Made by a program: the position numbers and the translations under genes. Below the pieces are notes generated by a model. That model searched no databases and had not been told where the DNA came from. It worked only from the letters and a program-made list of their open reading frames with translations. From positions 1 through 52,785 of the IMG/VR virus record IMGVR_UViG_3300048837_000489: a stretch of DNA of 52,785 nucleotides. One strand, 5' to 3'. The stretch comes from a virus (Duplodnaviria; Caudoviricetes). Below, piece after piece: positions 35,733 to 45,750 of the stretch (position 1 is its first letter; each line of letters starts with the position of its first letter).

Positions 35733-36755
35733 TTACTCTTCCGCGTCGGTTTCGTCAGCGTCGTCTGCTTCCACGTCTTCCTGCTTCGACTGCCAGAGCC
35801 AGCCGAGCAACCAGGCGTCGCATTCGGGGCCGGGCTCAACATCGCAGTTGGCGATTTCCTCTTCCGCTTCAGCAGCCTCAGTGCCACTAACCCACGATTC
35901 GCGGTAAGCATGGTCTGGATCGCAAATCAGCGATTCGCGGTTATCGGAATCGAGTTGAACCGCACGTTCATTTAGCCAAGCGATCTGCTCTTCATCTGAC
36001 ATTGCGTACCATGCCTCCACGGTCGGATAGACCGCCTCCACCGGCACTCCCTCACTCCCCTGGCAGCGCTCCAAATCCTGCACCGTAATGAGTGCATCGC
36101 AAATCGCCGTCTGCTTCACCTTGCCGATCCCCTTGGGCCATGCCGCCGTGCTGTCGTGCTCGCAGCGAGTGATGAGGTCCGCGAGTTCGGCGAGCGTGTT
36201 GATTCCGCCGTCGCGGAGTTGCTCCTTGGTCTTTGGCGTGATGTCAGGGAGTGCATCGACGGTGAGGGATTTCCAGGAGGGTTCGGTGGGTGCGGTGGGT
36301 TCCTCTTCCCTGGAATCGCCTTCTTCTTCCACCGCCTCCACCTTCGCATCCAGGTTGGCGAACAACGGCCGCTTCTCTGGCGAGTCGTTCCGTGCGTGCC
36401 TCGCCAGTTCGCGGAGCTTTTCAACGCACCCATCGTAGTGGTCTTTGGCTTCTTTCAGTTCGGCCTTGCGCTCTTCGACGATGGCTTCCGCACGAGCACA
36501 ATCGAATTCTGCGTTGTAGATTTTCGCGAGGATGTCAGTTTCGTCAGTGGTTCGTGTCCAGGTGGATTGGATGGCGGCGGTTGGCGTCTCGACTTCCGCC
36601 GGTGCTTCCGCAGTTTCCCCCTCCTGGTTGCTCGCCTCCGGCGCGTCGGTCGGTTCGGATTCGATAGGATCGACCGCATCGACTTCCGCCGTCACTTCGA
36701 CTTCCGCCACTTCCGCCGCTACCTCTTCTAAGTCTGCATAAATTTCGATGGCCAT
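35733..36755 (-). CDS. Acidic hypothetical protein with a coiled coil and HhH-like motifs
   Basis: LPDIT...LRDGGINTLAEL...KGIGK. Confidence 0.65.
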   Translation of the reverse strand: MAIEIYADLEEVAAEVAEVEVTAEVDAVDPIESEPTDAPEASNQEGETAEAPAEVETPTAAIQSTWTRTTDETDILAKIYNAEFDCARAEAIVEERKAELKEAKDHYDGCVEKLRELARHARNDSPEKRPLFANLDAKVEAVEEEGDSREEEPTAPTEPSWKSLTVDALPDITPKTKEQLRDGGINTLAELADLITRCEHDSTAAWPKGIGKVKQTAICDALITVQDLERCQGSEGVPVEAVYPTVEAWYAMSDEEQIAWLNERAVQLDSDNRESLICDPDHAYRESWVSGTEAAEAEEEIANCDVEPGPECDAWLLGWLWQSKQEDVEADDADETDAEE

Positions 36756-37144
36756 TGACTAGGTTCCTTCTATTGGGGTTGGTTGCGCTGGTTCATCGTT
36801 CCCAGCTTTTAAGGATTTCCTCTGCTTCTTTTCCGTCTGTTCGTTCGATCAGTACAGACCAATCGTTTTCGTCATAATCACCTTCTTCGCTTCGCTTGCG
36901 ATGTGCGGTGTAGCCCATTCTGCGAAGCTCACGAACCGCTTGACGTAATTGAGGCAATGTGATGTTGAAGCTTGGAACACTCAGCCCATCTTGCGGCGTG
37001 TACGCTTGAAGGTCTATGTCCCATGTTCCAATGCTGTACAAAGCCATTTCAACCGGCCTCGATATCCGCATCTCCGCTTCCGCCACTTCCGGTTCGTCAA
37101 AGATTTCGATGGCTATTTGACTAGGTTCCTTCTATTGGGGTTGG
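36742..37144. repeat. Direct repeat with an identical 28-bp core flanking a small gene
   Basis: TTGACTAGGTTCCTTCTATTGGGGTTGG at 36755-36782 and 37117-37144, with similarity extending into the coding starts. Confidence 0.85.
36793..37086 (-). CDS. Hypothetical protein (may start at ATA 37116)
   Basis: ORF lying between the direct repeats. Confidence 0.6.
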   Translation of the reverse strand: MAEAEMRISRPVEMALYSIGTWDIDLQAYTPQDGLSVPSFNITLPQLRQAVRELRRMGYTAHRKRSEEGDYDENDWSVLIERTDGKEAEEILKSWER

Positions 37145-37381
37145 GGGATACATCTTCATTAGCTCACTGACCGGCGTTGGTTTGATGGCTGGATAAAGTC
37201 CAGTCATCTCCGCTTCTTCTTCCATCTCGCACCACCGCTCTAACGCGACTCTCGCTACGTCGTTTATGGAGCAACCGTACTTGTCCGCCCGATGCTTGAC
37301 GCGGGTTTGCAGGTTGATGGGGACGCGGGCGAAGATGACGCGGGTTGCAGTTGATTCGCGGATGATTGGTTCGTCGCTCAT
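37121..37381 (-). CDS. Ribbon-helix-helix (Arc/CopG-like) DNA-binding protein
   Basis: VIFARVPINLQTRVKHRADKYGCSINDVARVALE; ATGA-coupled start at 37381. Confidence 0.7.
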   Translation of the reverse strand: MSDEPIIRESTATRVIFARVPINLQTRVKHRADKYGCSINDVARVALERWCEMEEEAEMTGLYPAIKPTPVSELMKMYPPTPIEGT

Positions 37382-38004
37382 TTCGATTTCGCCTCCCTCT
37401 TCCTCTTCTCCCAGAACCGCCAACACCACCTGAACGCTTCCTCTTCCGCATCCCTTCTTCCGCCACAGAACAGCCATTGCACGCTGGGGAAATCCTGCTG
37501 CCAGGCACGTATCTGATTCCGTAAGCTCTGCTGATTTACTTCCGCCGGTTTCTTCAATGTCTCGGTGGCCGCTCGCCAGACTTGCGAGAAGTCGGCCTCG
37601 ACGATGACCGCGCCGCATTCGATGGAGTTGAGGTTGGCGAGTTCCTGAATGAATCTCTCCCTCCTGGTAGCACCGCCTTCCGTGTTCCGCTCCCAGCCAA
37701 GAAACGTCCCCACGGCATCGTCCAGCGACTTCCGCTCCAAACCGATCCTCCCTTCAAACCCCTGGATGCTGTAATCGCCGAGCGAGTTGGGGTGGCGGCC
37801 TAGATTTGCTGCCAGGGTGGTGACCTGGATCGGCCGGTAGTTGCGCGACGAGTCCGCGCGGATGCCGGTGAAGGTGAAGGGGTGTTGCTCGGCGGAATCG
37901 ACGAGGATGGTGAAGGGGCACTTGTAGGGACGCTCGCTGATGGCGGTGCGGATCGTCGGGCCGGTGAGTGTGGACGGGTCAGGCGTGGTGATGGTGATGG
38001 TCAT
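37378..38004 (-). CDS. ERCC4/XPF-family nuclease (resolvase candidate)
   Basis: ILVDSAEQ, GDYS, ERKSLDD and VIVE motifs. Confidence 0.85.
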   Translation of the reverse strand: MTITITTPDPSTLTGPTIRTAISERPYKCPFTILVDSAEQHPFTFTGIRADSSRNYRPIQVTTLAANLGRHPNSLGDYSIQGFEGRIGLERKSLDDAVGTFLGWERNTEGGATRRERFIQELANLNSIECGAVIVEADFSQVWRAATETLKKPAEVNQQSLRNQIRAWQQDFPSVQWLFCGGRRDAEEEAFRWCWRFWEKRKREAKSK

Positions 38005-38615
38005 CGTGCAGAAACCTCTTCTTTCGCACGCATGCCAACAATCGAACCCTGCCCACCCTCAAACCGAAACCGTAAAATATCGGGCTGACCTTTCTTTGCG
38101 CTCTTCACTTCGCCAAATTCAGCCGCCGGTGCGAACACCCGGACACGCTCAATGAAATGCCGCGAAACTCGCACGTTTGGAAACTGAATCTCCGTCCCAA
38201 AGTTGCAAGATTCCTCTCGCATCTTCTGGCCGCTGATATATCCGCTGCCATCACATGTTTCGCAGCATTCAGCAACGGCCACGATTTCATTCCAGCAGAT
38301 GCGGCCAAAACCTAAGCACCAGTGGCAAGTGCCACCGACGTTTCTGTCCTGGTCGCTTAGTCGCCAAAGTTCGCTAGAGTTTGGAAACGGAAACCACTTC
38401 TCAGGCTCAAACGGGTCGATGACTTCTTTCACGTTGGGATAGCGGAGATTGTCCTCCATCGTGTCTGGCTGTCCGGTTGCATCCAGGTAGACGGCAATTC
38501 GCCCATCGGTTGCATACTCCACGCCGTTCTTAATCCACGGCTTTTCCAATGCGTATCGCGTTTGAAACGGATCGCAGAACAAAATCAGGGCTTCACGATT
38601 TACTGGCATGGTCAT
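38001..38615 (-). CDS. Hypothetical protein with a DnaJ-type CxxCxGxG insert
   Basis: YATDGRIAV; CHWCLGFG...CETCDGSG. Confidence 0.65.
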   Translation of the reverse strand: MTMPVNREALILFCDPFQTRYALEKPWIKNGVEYATDGRIAVYLDATGQPDTMEDNLRYPNVKEVIDPFEPEKWFPFPNSSELWRLSDQDRNVGGTCHWCLGFGRICWNEIVAVAECCETCDGSGYISGQKMREESCNFGTEIQFPNVRVSRHFIERVRVFAPAAEFGEVKSAKKGQPDILRFRFEGGQGSIVGMRAKEEVSAR

Positions 38616-38620
38616 CTCCT

Positions 38621-38845
38621 TTAAGAACGTCGCTTATCCGTCTTCACAACCGCCTTCGCCGCCTCGATCAGTTCAAACCAATCATCCCGCACCGTCGCTA
38701 GATTCCTGATCAACACCGACTTCAGCCGATCCATCTCCGCGTGATGGGAAGCGGCATCGGCGGCTCGCCAGGCGGAAAGGAAGTTGAGGAGCCAGGGTGA
38801 GGTGTGGACGCGCGGGGGTGGTAAGTCATTCGAGAGTGATGACAT
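38621..38845 (-). CDS. Hypothetical protein
   Basis: ATG at 38845 after AGGAG. Confidence 0.5.
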   Translation of the reverse strand: MSSLSNDLPPPRVHTSPWLLNFLSAWRAADAASHHAEMDRLKSVLIRNLATVRDDWFELIEAAKAVVKTDKRRS

Positions 38846-39170
38846 AAGACTCTTTCTCCTTTGTTGGAGTCGCGTCGTAATCCATGCACTCGATGCGAAT
38901 GTGTTGGTAGTAGGTCCACATTTCGATGATGCAGTTACCACGCTTAAAATTCACTTGTTTTCCAGCAAATAGCGTTCTGAATTGCTCAGGCTCAAGACTG
39001 ATGCTCATCAGTGAACCCGCGCCAATTTTCATGTCAGGTGGAAACTTCCGAATGATGTCCAAGGCCATTTCCGCATAGCGAATGTAATTCTCTGCGGTTG
39101 CCTTCACTCCCTTGGGAAGTCCACTTGATTTCGGATCACACGCATCAACAAATGCTTTAAGTTCTTCCAT
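38826..39170 (-). CDS. Hypothetical protein (AT-rich)
   Basis: GGAGGAG upstream of the ATG. Confidence 0.6.
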   Translation of the reverse strand: MEELKAFVDACDPKSSGLPKGVKATAENYIRYAEMALDIIRKFPPDMKIGAGSLMSISLEPEQFRTLFAGKQVNFKRGNCIIEMWTYYQHIRIECMDYDATPTKEKESYVITLE

Positions 39171-39222
39171 TACAACAACTCCTCCAATTTTCGGCCATTA
39201 ACCGCCGCGACGATTCGTTCTC

Positions 39223-39597
39223 TCAAAAACCCTGGCTGCAATAGGCCACATAACTCCGCCCGCATTCATCCGAGCAGCAGTAATCGTTGTCGTAGCATTC
39301 GCCGCCGCAATTCGGGCACATGCCGGTCGGCTCCTTTTGCGACTCGTCGCGCGGTATGTAATCGCCCTTTCCAAGCGATGGAAACTGAGCGGCGGTCGGG
39401 TCGATGATGTCACCTTCCGCTGTCACCAGCCACCAGTGATCGCGGAGACCCCACGCCCAGCAAAGGTATTGCCCGCGCACGCGAATGAGTTCAGGGAACG
39501 CCTCCTGCATTTTGGTTGTCGCCTCCGCACATGCACCATAGGCTTGCGTGCGCGAACGATAATGCTCGTTGATCCAGTTTTGGTATTCAGCTTTCAC
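39223..39597 (-). CDS. Small transglutaminase/papain-like fold protein with a C-terminal zinc finger
   Basis: GAC...HWWL...IIDPTAAQF triad pattern; CPNC...CCSDEC; GTGA-coupled start. Confidence 0.65.
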   Translation of the reverse strand: MKAEYQNWINEHYRSRTQAYGACAEATTKMQEAFPELIRVRGQYLCWAWGLRDHWWLVTAEGDIIDPTAAQFPSLGKGDYIPRDESQKEPTGMCPNCGGECYDNDYCCSDECGRSYVAYCSQGF

Positions 39598-42137
39598 AGC
39601 AATTCCTCCAACTTTCGATTGTTGATAGCGGTAACGATTCGCTCTCTCAGAAACGTTTTTCGTCCATCCAACGCGGATCGACGGCAGAACCCTCTCGCAA
39701 CTTCGATCTTGCCGACGGGGAGCGTTAGCACCTTGCCGCGAGAAATGGCGGTGAAGAACCATTCGCGAGTGCCGCGCGTTCCGAGCGATTCGTCAACGAT
39801 TGGCAACGCGATACGGGTCTCCGCTCCTTGACATTTGTGGACCGTGGCAGCGTACGCGAGGGAAAGCTTTCCGCTATCGCCGCTGCCTTCCGTTTCTTCG
39901 CCGTCCGTCTCCTCCACCGACGCCGCGTTCTCCTCATCCTCCCTGGCAGCCGACCGTGCGTTGAACACCGGGACGATCACAGTTCCCGCCGCGCCGCGAC
40001 CCTCGAATTCGATGACGACCTTTGATGGTTCGGATTCCGTCACTCTCCCGAATTCACCTTTCGCGATAAACGTCGTTTCTTCGTCGTCGTCGCTCTCCGG
40101 TTTCTCCGCGAGCTTGTACATCCCGTTCTGCTCGCACACCACCTTATCGCCGGTCAAGTAAACCGCACCTTTCGGGCCGCTGCCGTTGGGGTTCAGTTCG
40201 CGCTGCAACATCTCGTTAAGCGGTAGCCGTGATACCTTCCCCTGCTTGTTCAGAGCGACCATAACTTGGCAGTCCCACACCGGGTCGAATCCTTCCGCAC
40301 CCATCATCTGTAGAACTTCCACCAGCCGCTCAACTTGTGCGTCGGGGTTCTCCGCGCGGACGAATTTGAAATTGGCGGGAGGGCTCGCCATCCAATCGAG
40401 TCGTGCCGACTGCCGAAACTCCACACCCCGCCGGATGTCGTCGCACGCGAACACAATATCTCCGGCGTTCCGTTGCGGTTCCGTCAGTTCACCAAACGGC
40501 AACACGCCACTTCCCAGCATGTCTCTAAACGGCGCGCCGGGTTCGATCGGTGGCAACTGCATGGTGTCGCCGACGAACATGATGTGAGTGCCGGCCGGGC
40601 ACGCGCGGATGATAGAGCAAAGCATGTTCGGCGCTCGCATCGACGATTCGTCCAGGAAGATGACCTTGTAGCGGAGCGGTTTTCGCTCGTTGTGGCGAAA
40701 CGTCCAGACGCTACCCTGCACCGAATCCACACCAAGCAACCGATGCTCCGAAACGGCGGTTAGGTCGATGTCGTTCGCGCGGAGTGCGTTCGTCAACCGC
40801 ACCGCCGCTTTGTTCGTGGGAGCCGCTACCGCGATGTTCTCGCTGCCGAACTTGGCGATGCAGGCTTTGATGTAGGCCGCCGTCGTGTGGCTCTTCCCGG
40901 TTCCAGGTCCACCAATCAAGCTGCACACCGCACCCCTGGTAGCCTTCTCGAGCGCCGCCGCCTGATGGTCGCTGATCCCCTTACATTCCTCCACGCGCGG
41001 CCAGTGTGGAGTAGCCAACGCCAACTGCGCCAACTTCTCTGCGATGAGCAATTCCGCCGAGTCCCGCCGACGCTCCGCGATCCACTGGATTCTTCCGCCT
41101 GGCTGCTCGCCCGCGACGTGAACAAGAGGAGCGCCGCCAGGGGTGGAGGTGAAAACTTCGGACAGATACCCGTCGCGGATTCCGAGTCTTACCGCCTTCC
41201 CTGGTTGCACTTCCGCGCCGCCGACTTTCGCCTCAATCGCTTTCTCTAGGAACTGAACGGGAAACCAAGTCGAGCCGCTCCGATCCTTATGAATCGCGTT
41301 CACACCGCAGAACATTTGCCGCTTCAGGTCGTCTAACGGCAAGCCGAGCTTTTGGTATAGGTTGTCCACCTTCGCGAATCCGCAGCCGTAGAAATTGTCC
41401 ACCAGCAAGCGGAACGGGTCGGTCTTCAGCACGTCGGCCGCCTTCGCACCGTATCGCCGAATCAACTCCTTTGGTAGGTCGCGAGGGAATCCCATCCCGC
41501 GAATGATGCCGTCGATGGCGATCCTCGTATCCTCCGTCCTGGCCGAGCGCTCGAGGATCGACGCAATCACCTTCATGTTCGCGAGCGAGACGTGACATCG
41601 GCCAGCCGCCTTCAGCGCCGCGTGTGCCGTCTCTGGATCGGTGCGGAGAACTGTAACGGCAGCCGGGCCGAACTTGTCGAATAAAGTCGACGCCGATGCC
41701 GCGCCGAGACCGTAGCCTGCGCCGGCCGCCTCCAGGTAGCGGACCACCGCGCCGCGATCATGCTGCTCGGCGAGGGTGAAGGAGCGGGCGGAGAATTGGG
41801 GCTCGCCGCGATATTCTTTGTGGGTGCCGTAGAAACGGTAGTGGCAGAATGGGATAAGGCGATGGGAGAGGATTGCACCCAGGGAAGTGGAATCGTCGGC
41901 CGGTTCGGCGGGCTCTCCTGAATCCTCTACCCTGGCAGCCGCTTTTCCGAGTTCCTCACTCGTCACCCCGCCAATCCAAACGCCGATCTCCTTGCCAGTC
42001 GTCTCGCCATTTATGACTTCGCAGTCCGCTAAGACACGGAACGTGCCATCCTCATTCGCGAAGATGAAGTCACCAGCACGGCCGCGCCGGCGGATTCCTT
42101 TGTAGCGTGCGGTGAGTTCGACAAGCGGAGCGGGCAC
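39594..42137 (-). CDS. recD2: RecD2-like SF1B helicase
   Basis: GGPGTGKS, APTNKAA, LDESSM, VGDTMQLPPI, GDKV and YAATVHKCQG motifs, plus the N-terminal HhH region. Confidence 0.88.
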   Translation of the reverse strand: MPAPLVELTARYKGIRRRGRAGDFIFANEDGTFRVLADCEVINGETTGKEIGVWIGGVTSEELGKAAARVEDSGEPAEPADDSTSLGAILSHRLIPFCHYRFYGTHKEYRGEPQFSARSFTLAEQHDRGAVVRYLEAAGAGYGLGAASASTLFDKFGPAAVTVLRTDPETAHAALKAAGRCHVSLANMKVIASILERSARTEDTRIAIDGIIRGMGFPRDLPKELIRRYGAKAADVLKTDPFRLLVDNFYGCGFAKVDNLYQKLGLPLDDLKRQMFCGVNAIHKDRSGSTWFPVQFLEKAIEAKVGGAEVQPGKAVRLGIRDGYLSEVFTSTPGGAPLVHVAGEQPGGRIQWIAERRRDSAELLIAEKLAQLALATPHWPRVEECKGISDHQAAALEKATRGAVCSLIGGPGTGKSHTTAAYIKACIAKFGSENIAVAAPTNKAAVRLTNALRANDIDLTAVSEHRLLGVDSVQGSVWTFRHNERKPLRYKVIFLDESSMRAPNMLCSIIRACPAGTHIMFVGDTMQLPPIEPGAPFRDMLGSGVLPFGELTEPQRNAGDIVFACDDIRRGVEFRQSARLDWMASPPANFKFVRAENPDAQVERLVEVLQMMGAEGFDPVWDCQVMVALNKQGKVSRLPLNEMLQRELNPNGSGPKGAVYLTGDKVVCEQNGMYKLAEKPESDDDEETTFIAKGEFGRVTESEPSKVVIEFEGRGAAGTVIVPVFNARSAAREDEENAASVEETDGEETEGSGDSGKLSLAYAATVHKCQGAETRIALPIVDESLGTRGTREWFFTAISRGKVLTLPVGKIEVARGFCRRSALDGRKTFLRERIVTAINNRKLEELL

Positions 42138-42166
42138 GATGAGATTCCATTCAGAGGGGGAGGAAC

Positions 42167-42556
42167 TTAAACTTTACGGATGAGGGTGTATGTTTGCCCA
42201 ATGCCATTCCAGAAACCAGAGCCGCAAAATTGGCAGTTTTCATTAAGTGCTGTGAATCTGTCGCCAACTCGGACTATGTATCGAATCGCTTTTGATGAGT
42301 TAATCTCAGCCAGCCACATTTGCATTGCGGGGGGCTTCGGAGCGATGTGTGCCGGCGGTGCGTCTTGCTTGCACCAGAAACCATCGGGAACGAATGCGAC
42401 CAACCGCGAATCGTAAATGCGTCCCTCGTTGTTGACTTGTCCAGCAATTAAATCATCACCATCACCATACACGCCCCATCGCTGCACTTCTTCGCTCACT
42501 CCATCACAATACCACCACACGCCAGGTGAATTAGGTTTCGTTGAAGTCCAGTTCAT
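42167..42556 (-). CDS. Hypothetical protein
   Basis: WT..KP..PG.WW N-terminus typical of small phage early genes. Confidence 0.6.
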   Translation of the reverse strand: MNWTSTKPNSPGVWWYCDGVSEEVQRWGVYGDGDDLIAGQVNNEGRIYDSRLVAFVPDGFWCKQDAPPAHIAPKPPAMQMWLAEINSSKAIRYIVRVGDRFTALNENCQFCGSGFWNGIGQTYTLIRKV

Positions 42557-42585
42557 TGGGGTGATTCCTAAATAACTAAGCGGTT

Positions 42586-42629
42586 AAAAAACCCGGCGTG
42601 GCGAGACAGGCAGGCCCGCCACAACCGGG
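42586..42629 (-). terminator. Putative intrinsic terminator
   Basis: CCCGGTTGTGGCG...CGCCACGCCGGG followed by T6. Confidence 0.6.
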
Positions 42630-42672
42630 CATCACTGACAAAACAAGTAGGTGAGAATTGCAGGAGACCGCC

Positions 42673-43362
42673 CTACAAGTCTGACAGTGACTTTGCTGGT
42701 TTCGTGGTGGCGGGCTTGGTGGTTTCCTTCTTCGCCGCGCCGTTCGCGGTTGAACCGTTACCATTCCCACTCGCACCACCCGTCGCCGGTTTCAACGCCT
42801 CTTTCAGTGCCGCGAAGTATTCCGGCTTCCTCCGGCACGCATCCGGCAGCGCGGCTAAATGCTCCGCGTCCAAAACGCAATCCTTAGGCGCGTCGGGGTC
42901 GTCAACGTGCCAAATATCCGAGAAGTGAATCTGCATGTACGACTTTCCGGACGATTCATTGGTGTTCGTCGACACCTTCACAATCAATTGATGCGCCTCC
43001 ATGTCGGCCGGTTCAAAGGCGAGCTTGCCAGCGATGATCTCGTCATTTCCAACGAGGTTGCACGCATAGGCCAGCCGCATGAGTTGCCGCCGCTGCATCG
43101 ACCGTTGCTTGTCCGACGCATCCGGCTTCAGGTTGAAAAACGTCTGCTCAAAAATCTTGTCCTTCTCGGTTCCACCGCAGACCGACAATTGAATCTTGAG
43201 CATCCCGTTGATGATCTGGCCGCCGTTGCGATCCAGGGGCATGTCGGTCGCGTGAGTGACGAGGAAGTGGTAAACGCCATCGGCCTTGAGGTAATCCGAG
43301 TTGCCGCCACCGTAGAAGTCCGAGCCGCCGCCTTCGTGATCGTTGCCAACTTCGATAGCCAT
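42673..43362 (-). CDS. Putative single-stranded DNA-binding protein (DUF669-like OB fold)
   Basis: G.YHF.V beta pattern and disordered tail; follows the annealase. Confidence 0.6.
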   Translation of the reverse strand: MAIEVGNDHEGGGSDFYGGGNSDYLKADGVYHFLVTHATDMPLDRNGGQIINGMLKIQLSVCGGTEKDKIFEQTFFNLKPDASDKQRSMQRRQLMRLAYACNLVGNDEIIAGKLAFEPADMEAHQLIVKVSTNTNESSGKSYMQIHFSDIWHVDDPDAPKDCVLDAEHLAALPDACRRKPEYFAALKEALKPATGGASGNGNGSTANGAAKKETTKPATTKPAKSLSDL

Positions 43363-43409
43363 GATAAGTGAGTCCTTTTGCGTGAGTGTGAAAATTGAAA
43401 CTGTGTGAA

Positions 43410-44633
43410 TTAGTTACCGGCTTCCGTCGCATAGTGCGGAACCGGCTGCAAGCTCTCCTGGAAGTACATCGCCGCGCCGCTCAACTTCGTGTCGCCCTTT
43501 TTCAAGTCTGAAATCAAGACGTTGGCCTGCGCTGCGGACAGTTCCGACAACTTCGCCTTGCCAATCACGGCCAACTGCTCTTTGATCGTGTCGGTAATGA
43601 GCGGTTCAGTTGCCTGGAGCTTTTGGATCAACTCCTTTGCCGCCGCGATCTGAATATCGGAAATAGGGCCGGTCGGTTCTTCGTCGATGTCGAAGGGGAC
43701 TTCTTCCTGGGTGCTGGCATGGTCAACCGCACCACGCAACTTCGCCTCCAGGTCAGTAAGTTGCTCAACATCCAATCCCACCAGCGCCGCCGCACCAGGC
43801 CGTCCGCACCGCTCCTTTCCAATCATCGCGGCTTGGTCATCGAGGGTCGCGCCAAGTTGCTGCCAGTGGGTGCGAATCGCTTCGATGAGCTTGGATTTTT
43901 GCGGAGTCGTCGAATCGGAATTGGCGTCTGGCGTGACTTCGTATTCGGCGTCGATAACTTCGCCTGGCTGCGATGCCTCTGGTGTGGTGGGCGTCACCGG
44001 CGTTTTTGGCGTAGTCGGTTTCTTTGGTTTGCCGTTGCTTTGAGTTTGCACCACTGGCCGCTCATCGTCATCACCATCTTCCAAGTCCTCCGGCGCGTAG
44101 CGGCCAAAATTGACATCGGGGACCGTCGCACGAATTCCATCGCTGATCACGCGAGCCCACAGCATTTGCATTCGCTTGCGAGGGGATGCGTAGTTCGGAT
44201 TTAGCGTTAACTTTTTAGTCTGACCGCTCGCAATTGCAGCCAGTGCAACCTTGCGTTCACAGTCCCACACGTATGGCTCTTGGAGTGCTTGCTCCCAGGT
44301 AAAGGAAAAGCGATCCGTATTGCCTTCAAACGTGAGATCGACTTCCGCTTTCTCTGGTGTTCGCGTGATGATCTTGTGCTTGCCGCCGATGCGCCGAAAC
44401 TCCGCGAGCATGGCGTCCGACTTCATCGACAGCTTATTGCCGATGATGTGGAATTGCTGAATGAGTGACATCGCAGTAGTTCGACGTGCGAAGCACTCCC
44501 AGGCGAGGAGTTGGCCTTGCGAAAGATTTGAACAACCAGCGAAGCCGCTCTTTGAAATGTGGTCTCCCAGGCTGTTGATTGCAGCCGTTAAGTCGGCCTG
44601 AGGGATCTGGTCATAAACGATAATCTCAGACAT
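43410..44633 (-). CDS. RecT-like single-strand annealing protein
   Basis: FTWEQA...MLWARVISDGIR...PDV..G.YAPEDL; ATG at 44633. Confidence 0.72.
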   Translation of the reverse strand: MSEIIVYDQIPQADLTAAINSLGDHISKSGFAGCSNLSQGQLLAWECFARRTTAMSLIQQFHIIGNKLSMKSDAMLAEFRRIGGKHKIITRTPEKAEVDLTFEGNTDRFSFTWEQALQEPYVWDCERKVALAAIASGQTKKLTLNPNYASPRKRMQMLWARVISDGIRATVPDVNFGRYAPEDLEDGDDDERPVVQTQSNGKPKKPTTPKTPVTPTTPEASQPGEVIDAEYEVTPDANSDSTTPQKSKLIEAIRTHWQQLGATLDDQAAMIGKERCGRPGAAALVGLDVEQLTDLEAKLRGAVDHASTQEEVPFDIDEEPTGPISDIQIAAAKELIQKLQATEPLITDTIKEQLAVIGKAKLSELSAAQANVLISDLKKGDTKLSGAAMYFQESLQPVPHYATEAGN

Positions 44634-44767
44634 TTGCAATTCTCCTTTTCGCGGACTCAGACAATCAATTAAAAATGCCGGTCTCTCCCGGCTGCCACGC
44701 ACGCATTCCGGCAAGTTGACAGGACCGTTTGCCGCGGCACGTGTACGTTAAGCCGCCTGTATCGTGT

Positions 44768-45040
44768 TTAGTAATCTGCGAGATCCTCGCTAGACAACAT
44801 TTCACAGCCTTCCGAAAATCGTTCCCCCCAGCTTCTATTGCGTTCGAGTGGTTCACGAAGACGGCGATTGGCAGATAACTTGCCAGCATCATGATTGCTT
44901 GGGCACTTATGATTCGCCCGCTTCATGGACGGTCCTGCATGTTCGATTGGCTTTCCGCAGGCGACGCAGCAAACGGTCTTTCCGTCGACCTTGCAAAACC
45001 AGACATCGCCGTCTTGCTCGTAAATGACACCGCTTGCCAT
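44768..45040 (-). CDS. Small zinc-binding protein (paralog of 46907-47191)
   Basis: CKVDGK...C..CGKPIE.AGP...RANHKCP..H. Confidence 0.65.
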   Translation of the reverse strand: MASGVIYEQDGDVWFCKVDGKTVCCVACGKPIEHAGPSMKRANHKCPSNHDAGKLSANRRLREPLERNRSWGERFSEGCEMLSSEDLADY

Positions 45041-45750
45041 CACACCACCCCCATCCTCTGCGCCGCTACCCACGGCATTTCAAGATCGTTCACCAAATAC
45101 GCTCGCGCCTGCTCTCTCTCCTCCTCCGTTCCCTTCCACAGACGCGCGAATTCCTTACCCTCGCCGTTCTTCCCGTTCAAGCCGAAATGCTTGGCGGCTG
45201 CATCCAGGGAGATAAACTTGCCGCCGCATCCGAATAGCAGCATGAGGTCGAAGAACACCTTCTCGTCCCAGTTAAACCACCGGCCACGGCAGTTGAACGC
45301 GGACGAGGGGACATCGACGCCGAGCCTCCAGGAGCGTTGGACAAGGAACGCGAGGTCGAAGCCGTAGATATTCCAGCCGATGAGTTGGCGGGAGGATCGT
45401 TGGCGCGAAATGTATTGACGCCAGAACGCTGCCAGGATGTCGGATTCGGTGAGCGGTTGCGAGCCTTCGTCGTCTTGGTCCCAATCACCCTGGCCGCTAA
45501 TCGCCACCCCCTTCGCCGACATATAGCCGATGGCGACGACTTCGCCGGTGAGTGGGGAGAGTGCGGATTTCTCGCGAAACTCAGCGAACCCATCCGTCTT
45601 GTATTTTTCGTACTTCTCCGCAACCGTCTCCGGCTTCCACCGTTTGTCGCAATCGGCGGCGAATTCTTCGAGCGTTTTTTCGGTGTAGAGAAGTCGCAAC
45701 TCCTCATCCGGCAGCGCGCCGGTCTCGATGTCGAAAATGATGTGGTTCAT
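45040..45750 (-). CDS. DEDDy 3'-5' exonuclease (PolB-exo-like)
   Basis: FDIETG, GWNIYGFDL and YLVND motifs. Confidence 0.85.
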   Translation of the reverse strand: MNHIIFDIETGALPDEELRLLYTEKTLEEFAADCDKRWKPETVAEKYEKYKTDGFAEFREKSALSPLTGEVVAIGYMSAKGVAISGQGDWDQDDEGSQPLTESDILAAFWRQYISRQRSSRQLIGWNIYGFDLAFLVQRSWRLGVDVPSSAFNCRGRWFNWDEKVFFDLMLLFGCGGKFISLDAAAKHFGLNGKNGEGKEFARLWKGTEEEREQARAYLVNDLEMPWVAAQRMGVV

